64,000 nucleotides of DNA from Chthoniobacteraceae bacterium (GTDB lineage: Bacteria > Verrucomicrobiota > Verrucomicrobiia > Chthoniobacterales > Chthoniobacteraceae), in NCBI GenBank assembly GCA_040081625.1, contig JBEBGD010000002.1:96001-160000 (forward strand), in the 5' to 3' direction. The translations under genes were made by a program, and so were the position numbers. Each line of letters begins with the position of its first letter. Position 1 is the stretch's first letter. Of the stretch, positions 60,241 to 64,000 are shown piece after piece. Under the pieces are notes generated by a model. That model had not been told where the DNA came from and did not search any database. It saw only the letters and a program-made list of their open reading frames with translations.

Positions 60241-60705
60241 CTACGCCGCCTTTGCGAACGTCGCGCAGTCCGCTGACAAGAACGGCTCAAGAGCCGCGAT
60301 CACCGTGAGCTCCCACCGTTTGGGCGCGCCGTAAATCGCGTCCAGTGCGAACGCCTGCCCCGGAGTGAGCGAGCGCGTGCGGGTGGCGAAGCCGCCCTTC
60401 TTTTCGACCTGCTCGCGCCACCGGTCGAGCGCCTCGCGGCGCTTATCTTCGGGCAGCTCGTCGATGGACTCGCAATCCGGAACTCCGCGCGGCGCCTCCC
60501 GCCATTCGAGGAGGAACTTCGCGCCGACTGACTTGATACTCAAGTCATGGACGCGGCGGCGGGGGATGCCCGCGAGCGGCGCGATCTTCCAGATTGCAGG
60601 CGAGTAGATGTGCGCCCGCGGCAGGTCGGATAAGTCGATGCCGCTTTTGTCGATCGCCGGTAGGCGGATGGGTTTGCTGATGATGTTCTTTGCTTCGGTT
60701 TTCAT
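60241..60705 (-). CDS. Hypothetical protein downstream of integrase
   Basis: ORF co-oriented with int; alternative GTG start at 60762. Confidence 0.55.
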   Translation of the reverse strand: MKTEAKNIISKPIRLPAIDKSGIDLSDLPRAHIYSPAIWKIAPLAGIPRRRVHDLSIKSVGAKFLLEWREAPRGVPDCESIDELPEDKRREALDRWREQVEKKGGFATRTRSLTPGQAFALDAIYGAPKRWELTVIAALEPFLSADCATFAKAA

Positions 60706-60758
60706 GTGGTTTTCTGTGCTTTGGTTTTGTTGTTTCGTGGTGTCCTGGGGAAAGGGTT

Positions 60759-61799
60759 TCACGCGGGGAACTGCGGGCGATGCACCCGCTCAATGTCGGA
60801 ATCGACGTGGACGAGGTGCGCGTAGTGGCGCTCCGTGGTGGCGAGCCGATCGCCGAGCCAAGCCGCCACCTTGTAGATGCTCACGCCCGCCGACACGCGC
60901 AGGCTGGCAAAGGTGCGCCGCATCGTGTGCGGCGTGATCCACGGCTCGCCTCGCTCCTCCATGAAGGCCGTGAACTCCGGGTTGATGTTCACCCGCGGCG
61001 AGTGCGCGCTCTTCTGCTCCCGCTCCGGATCGATGATGTAGGAGCTCGGCGGAATGGCGGCGAACTGCTCCCGCATGAACTCCACAAACCGCGCCGTCAT
61101 CGGCACCACCCGGTTGCGCCCGTTTTTCGGCGTGAACGTGTCGCCGGCCCGCACCGCGAGCGATCCCACGTCGAGATTGAACCAGTCGCGCCTCGCCTCG
61201 ACGATCTCATTGCGCCGCAAGCCGCCATCGAATCCGGCGAGAAGGATGAATTTGAATCGTGCGGAAGGCGCGGCGGAAATCAAGCGGTCCGCTTGTTCAG
61301 CGGTCGCAAATTCAATCCGCGCCGGTGTCTTGTCGGACGCGGGCCGACACGCATCCGCGGGATTCACGCGGAGCAGTCCCTTGCGCGTGAGCCATCGGCA
61401 GAATGCGCGCATGACCTTCAAGCCGAGATCGGCCGCGGCGGGCGTCACCTTCGCCCGGCGCGCCTCGTCCCATTGCGCGATGGCCGTCGGCGTGAGATCG
61501 CCGAGCGTCATCACGCCGCTGGACCGCTGGAAGTTTCGCAAAATCCCGCGCTGCGAGTTCGCGGTGATCGCCCGCATCTTCCCCAGGCGGCGCCGCTCGG
61601 CGAAGTATTCATCGATCTCCCGCTCGAGTTGGCGCGCGAGCATTTGCCCCGGCGAGGATCGCAACGCGAGCGCGCGCAAGACGGCCTGTCCCTCGTCGGC
61701 TGTGCCAAGACTCTCCCGATAACGCTGGCCGGCGATCGTCCATGAGAACCAATAGACCGATCCGCGCTTGTAGAGACCGGCGAGCAATTTGTCGTTCAT
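60759..61799 (-). CDS. int: Tyrosine recombinase/integrase
   Basis: LYKRGSVYWF arm-binding N-terminus; GLRRNE, PKNGR, HTMRR, WLGD, HY. Confidence 0.93.
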   Translation of the reverse strand: MNDKLLAGLYKRGSVYWFSWTIAGQRYRESLGTADEGQAVLRALALRSSPGQMLARQLEREIDEYFAERRRLGKMRAITANSQRGILRNFQRSSGVMTLGDLTPTAIAQWDEARRAKVTPAAADLGLKVMRAFCRWLTRKGLLRVNPADACRPASDKTPARIEFATAEQADRLISAAPSARFKFILLAGFDGGLRRNEIVEARRDWFNLDVGSLAVRAGDTFTPKNGRNRVVPMTARFVEFMREQFAAIPPSSYIIDPEREQKSAHSPRVNINPEFTAFMEERGEPWITPHTMRRTFASLRVSAGVSIYKVAAWLGDRLATTERHYAHLVHVDSDIERVHRPQFPA

Positions 61800-61809
61800 G
61801 CTCCGGGGG

Positions 61810-61931
61810 CTGTGTCAAAAGACTGTGACAAAACCCCCGCAAATGCGCGCCCAAACGAACGCAAACGAACGCATTTACAGAGAGAGCGGTTGGAGTCTTC
61901 TAAGGATTTGTTACTCACACGTATTATTTGA
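61810..61931. other. Right att junction: arm-type repeats plus core
   Basis: ctgtgtcaaaa (61810-61820), gactgtgacaaaa (61821-61833), tandem aaacgaacgc x2, core tactcacacgta 61912-61923. Confidence 0.7.
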
Positions 61932-61991
61932 CTCCGACGCGGGGATGCTTGTATCCCTGCGCGCTCTCCTCCACTCTCGCTCTCCCGCCTT

Positions 61992-64000
61992 ATGAATCTC
62001 CGCTCCCGTTTCACCGTCGCCGCCGTGTTTGCGTTCGCGCTTTGTCCCGCTTTCGCGCAGCCGAAGAAGAAGGCCGCATCGCCCGCGAAGGCTGAGCCGG
62101 CCAAGGCTGCGGCGGGGGTCGCGGGGTGGATCAGTTGGCGCGGGCCTTCGCAGGATGGGACTTCGACGGAGAAGGGGCTGCCGGGGACGGTGGATGCGAA
62201 GAAGCCGCTGTGGACGGCGGATTTTCCGGGGCAGAGCGCGCCGGTGATCTTCAAGGGGAAGCTTTATATCAATGGCTACCTCGGCGAGGGCGCGGACAAG
62301 CGCGAGGGGGTGACGTGCTTCGATGCGGAGACGGGCAAGCAGCTCTGGCAGCATCTGGAGAACGATTTCCTGAGCGACATCATCTATGATCGCTACTCGA
62401 CCGGCGCGCCGACGATCGATGCGGAAACGGGCAATGTGTATGTGCAGGGTTCGCAGGGGATGCTCTCTTGCTTCACGGCGGACGGGAAGGTGGTCTGGCA
62501 GCATTCGCTGATGGAGGAGTATGGGCGGCTCACGTTCCCGAATGGGCGCACGGCGTCGCCGCAGATCGACAAGGATATCGTCATCACGCGGCACATCACG
62601 AGCGGGTGGGGCGCGGCGGGACCGGCGGGGGATCGGCTGTATGCGTTCGACAAAAAGACGGGCGAGCTGGTGTGGATGTCGTCGCCGGCGGACCGGCCGC
62701 AGGATGCGACGTTTGCGCCGCTGTATTTTTCGTGGCTGGACGGGATGCGCGTGTTTTTCACGCCGTGCGGCGACTCATCGCTGGCGTGCGTGAATGCGCG
62801 CACGGGCGACCCGGTTTTCCGCATGTCGGTGGCGAAGGCGGGGGCGAAGGGCGGCATCAATGCGGGAGTGCTGCGGTATAAGGATTCGCTGCTGGTGATC
62901 CACGAGTCGGAGAATATCGACACGAGCGAGGTGGGGCGGAGCGCGGCGTTCAAGATCCCGATGGGGTCGAAGCCGCCGGCGCCGGGGCAGCCGCAGGTTT
63001 ATGCCGCGAAGGATCATGAGCTGTGGCGCAATCCGCTCGGCAGTCTCGGTTCGTCGCCGTGCCTCGTGGGAAACCGGCTGTTTGAGGTCACAGGCCTCGG
63101 CGAACTCGGGTGCATCGATGCGGACACGGGCAAAATCCTCTGGCGCGAGAAGCTCGGCGTGGAGCAGCGGCAGTCGTCGCCGTTTTATGCGGATGGAAAG
63201 CTCTACATCTCCTTTTACACCGCGGCGCAGACGGGCACGGGCAGCGAGGCCGAGGGCGGCGGGAATGGGGAGTTGTTCATCATCAAGCCCGACGACAAGG
63301 GGATGAAGATCCTGAGCCGGACGATCCTCGAAGGGCGCTGCTACGGCTCGCCGATCGGCTACAACGGCAAGCTCTACGTTCAGACCGACAAGAAGCTCTA
63401 TGCCTTCGGCAAGGCGGGCGCGAACCCCGGCGCGAAGAGCGTGGTTTTCGCCGATGACTGGGCGAAGGCACCGAAGGCCGGCCCGGCGGCGAAGCTGCAG
63501 ATCATCCCGAATGAATCGCTGCTGCATCCCGGCGACAAGGTGCCGCTGCGCGTGCGCGCGCTGGATGCGAACGGCTTCACGGTCGAGGAGAGCGTGGACC
63601 TCACGAAGGTGAAGGTTGAGAGCTACATCCCGCCGACGGCGCTGGTGAAGGTGACGATGACAGGCGGCGTGAAGGACGGTTTTCTGGTCGCCGAACCGGC
63701 GACGAAGCCGAGCGCGGGCGCGTTCATGGGGACGATGACGGTGGGCGGCAAGGAGATCAGCGGCACGATGCGCGGACGCGTGCAGCTCGGGTTGCCGATC
63801 AAGCTGGATTTCGAAGCGACCGAGCTGAACGAGAAGACCGGGCCGGGCGTGGGCAATCAGCCGCCGGTGCTGCCGCCGACCGCGCAGCCGAATCCGACGA
63901 ACTGGAACGTGATCGAGCCGCCGACGGCGTTTGCGTATCCGCCGCTGCCGTGGACTGGCGCGCGGTTTCGCTTCGAGGTGCGCGACGCGCCGGGCGGCGG
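61992..64000 (+). CDS. Secreted PQQ-binding-like beta-propeller protein (3' truncated by window)
   Basis: Signal peptide; WISWRGP; CFDAETGKQLW, AFDKKTGELVW, CIDADTGKILW repeats; no stop before the window end. Confidence 0.85.
   Translation, partial: MNLRSRFTVAAVFAFALCPAFAQPKKKAASPAKAEPAKAAAGVAGWISWRGPSQDGTSTEKGLPGTVDAKKPLWTADFPGQSAPVIFKGKLYINGYLGEGADKREGVTCFDAETGKQLWQHLENDFLSDIIYDRYSTGAPTIDAETGNVYVQGSQGMLSCFTADGKVVWQHSLMEEYGRLTFPNGRTASPQIDKDIVITRHITSGWGAAGPAGDRLYAFDKKTGELVWMSSPADRPQDATFAPLYFSWLDGMRVFFTPCGDSSLACVNARTGDPVFRMSVAKAGAKGGINAGVLRYKDSLLVIHESENIDTSEVGRSAAFKIPMGSKPPAPGQPQVYAAKDHELWRNPLGSLGSSPCLVGNRLFEVTGLGELGCIDADTGKILWREKLGVEQRQSSPFYADGKLYISFYTAAQTGTGSEAEGGGNGELFIIKPDDKGMKILSRTILEGRCYGSPIGYNGKLYVQTDKKLYAFGKAGANPGAKSVVFADDWAKAPKAGPAAKLQIIPNESLLHPGDKVPLRVRALDANGFTVEESVDLTKVKVESYIPPTALVKVTMTGGVKDGFLVAEPATKPSAGAFMGTMTVGGKEISGTMRGRVQLGLPIKLDFEATELNEKTGPGVGNQPPVLPPTAQPNPTNWNVIEPPTAFAYPPLPWTGARFRFEVRDAPGG

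Larger units (their letters stand above)
53537..61923. mobile_element. ~8.4-kb integrated phage-satellite-like element
   Basis: 12-bp direct core TACTCACACGTA at both ends; integrase, HTH/Xis genes, helicase, iterons, tape-measure gene; no capsid, portal or terminase recognised. Confidence 0.8.

Noticed and set aside
53537..61923. Complete prophage or tailocin
   Set aside because: No recognisable head, tube, sheath, baseplate or lysis genes.

Overview
High-GC bacterial DNA, probably Verrucomicrobiota (Chthoniobacterales-like). This is inferred from the LExRxxP exoprotein motif, a C-terminal ...FYRL exoprotein domain and the sulfatase richness. Bases 1-1.7 kb hold the end of ndk and an aspartate aminotransferase. 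Bases 1.8-48.7 kb are a long, almost all + strand catabolic cluster: 12 secreted Cys-type sulfatase genes (13 domains), two Tat Gfo/Idh/MocA oxidoreductases, a Tat molybdo-oxidoreductase, a pectate lyase, an SGNH acetylesterase, propeller hydrolases and two CxxCH alpha/alpha-barrel proteins. The cluster is interrupted by a MazF-type TA pair, a 5.6-kb TCS + Kelch/FN3 block flanked by a 49-bp duplication, and a NarL-type TCS with two paralogous unknown genes. Bases 48.8-51.6 kb are a nitrogen locus: glnII and glnB (PII with Ser49), each with a sigma54-like promoter, bracketing a 125-aa minimal kinase coupled to a PP2C phosphatase. Bases 53.5-61.9 kb are an ~8.4-kb integrated phage-satellite-like element with att cores, a tyrosine integrase, HTH/Xis genes, a P-loop helicase and iterons. 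Its only virion-related content is a short tape-measure gene, preceded by two ORFs joined by an in-frame A_AAA_AAG -1 slippery site, like the G/G-T tail chaperones. The window ends inside a PQQ-like beta-propeller gene. All calls come from motif reading only; no database searches were run.
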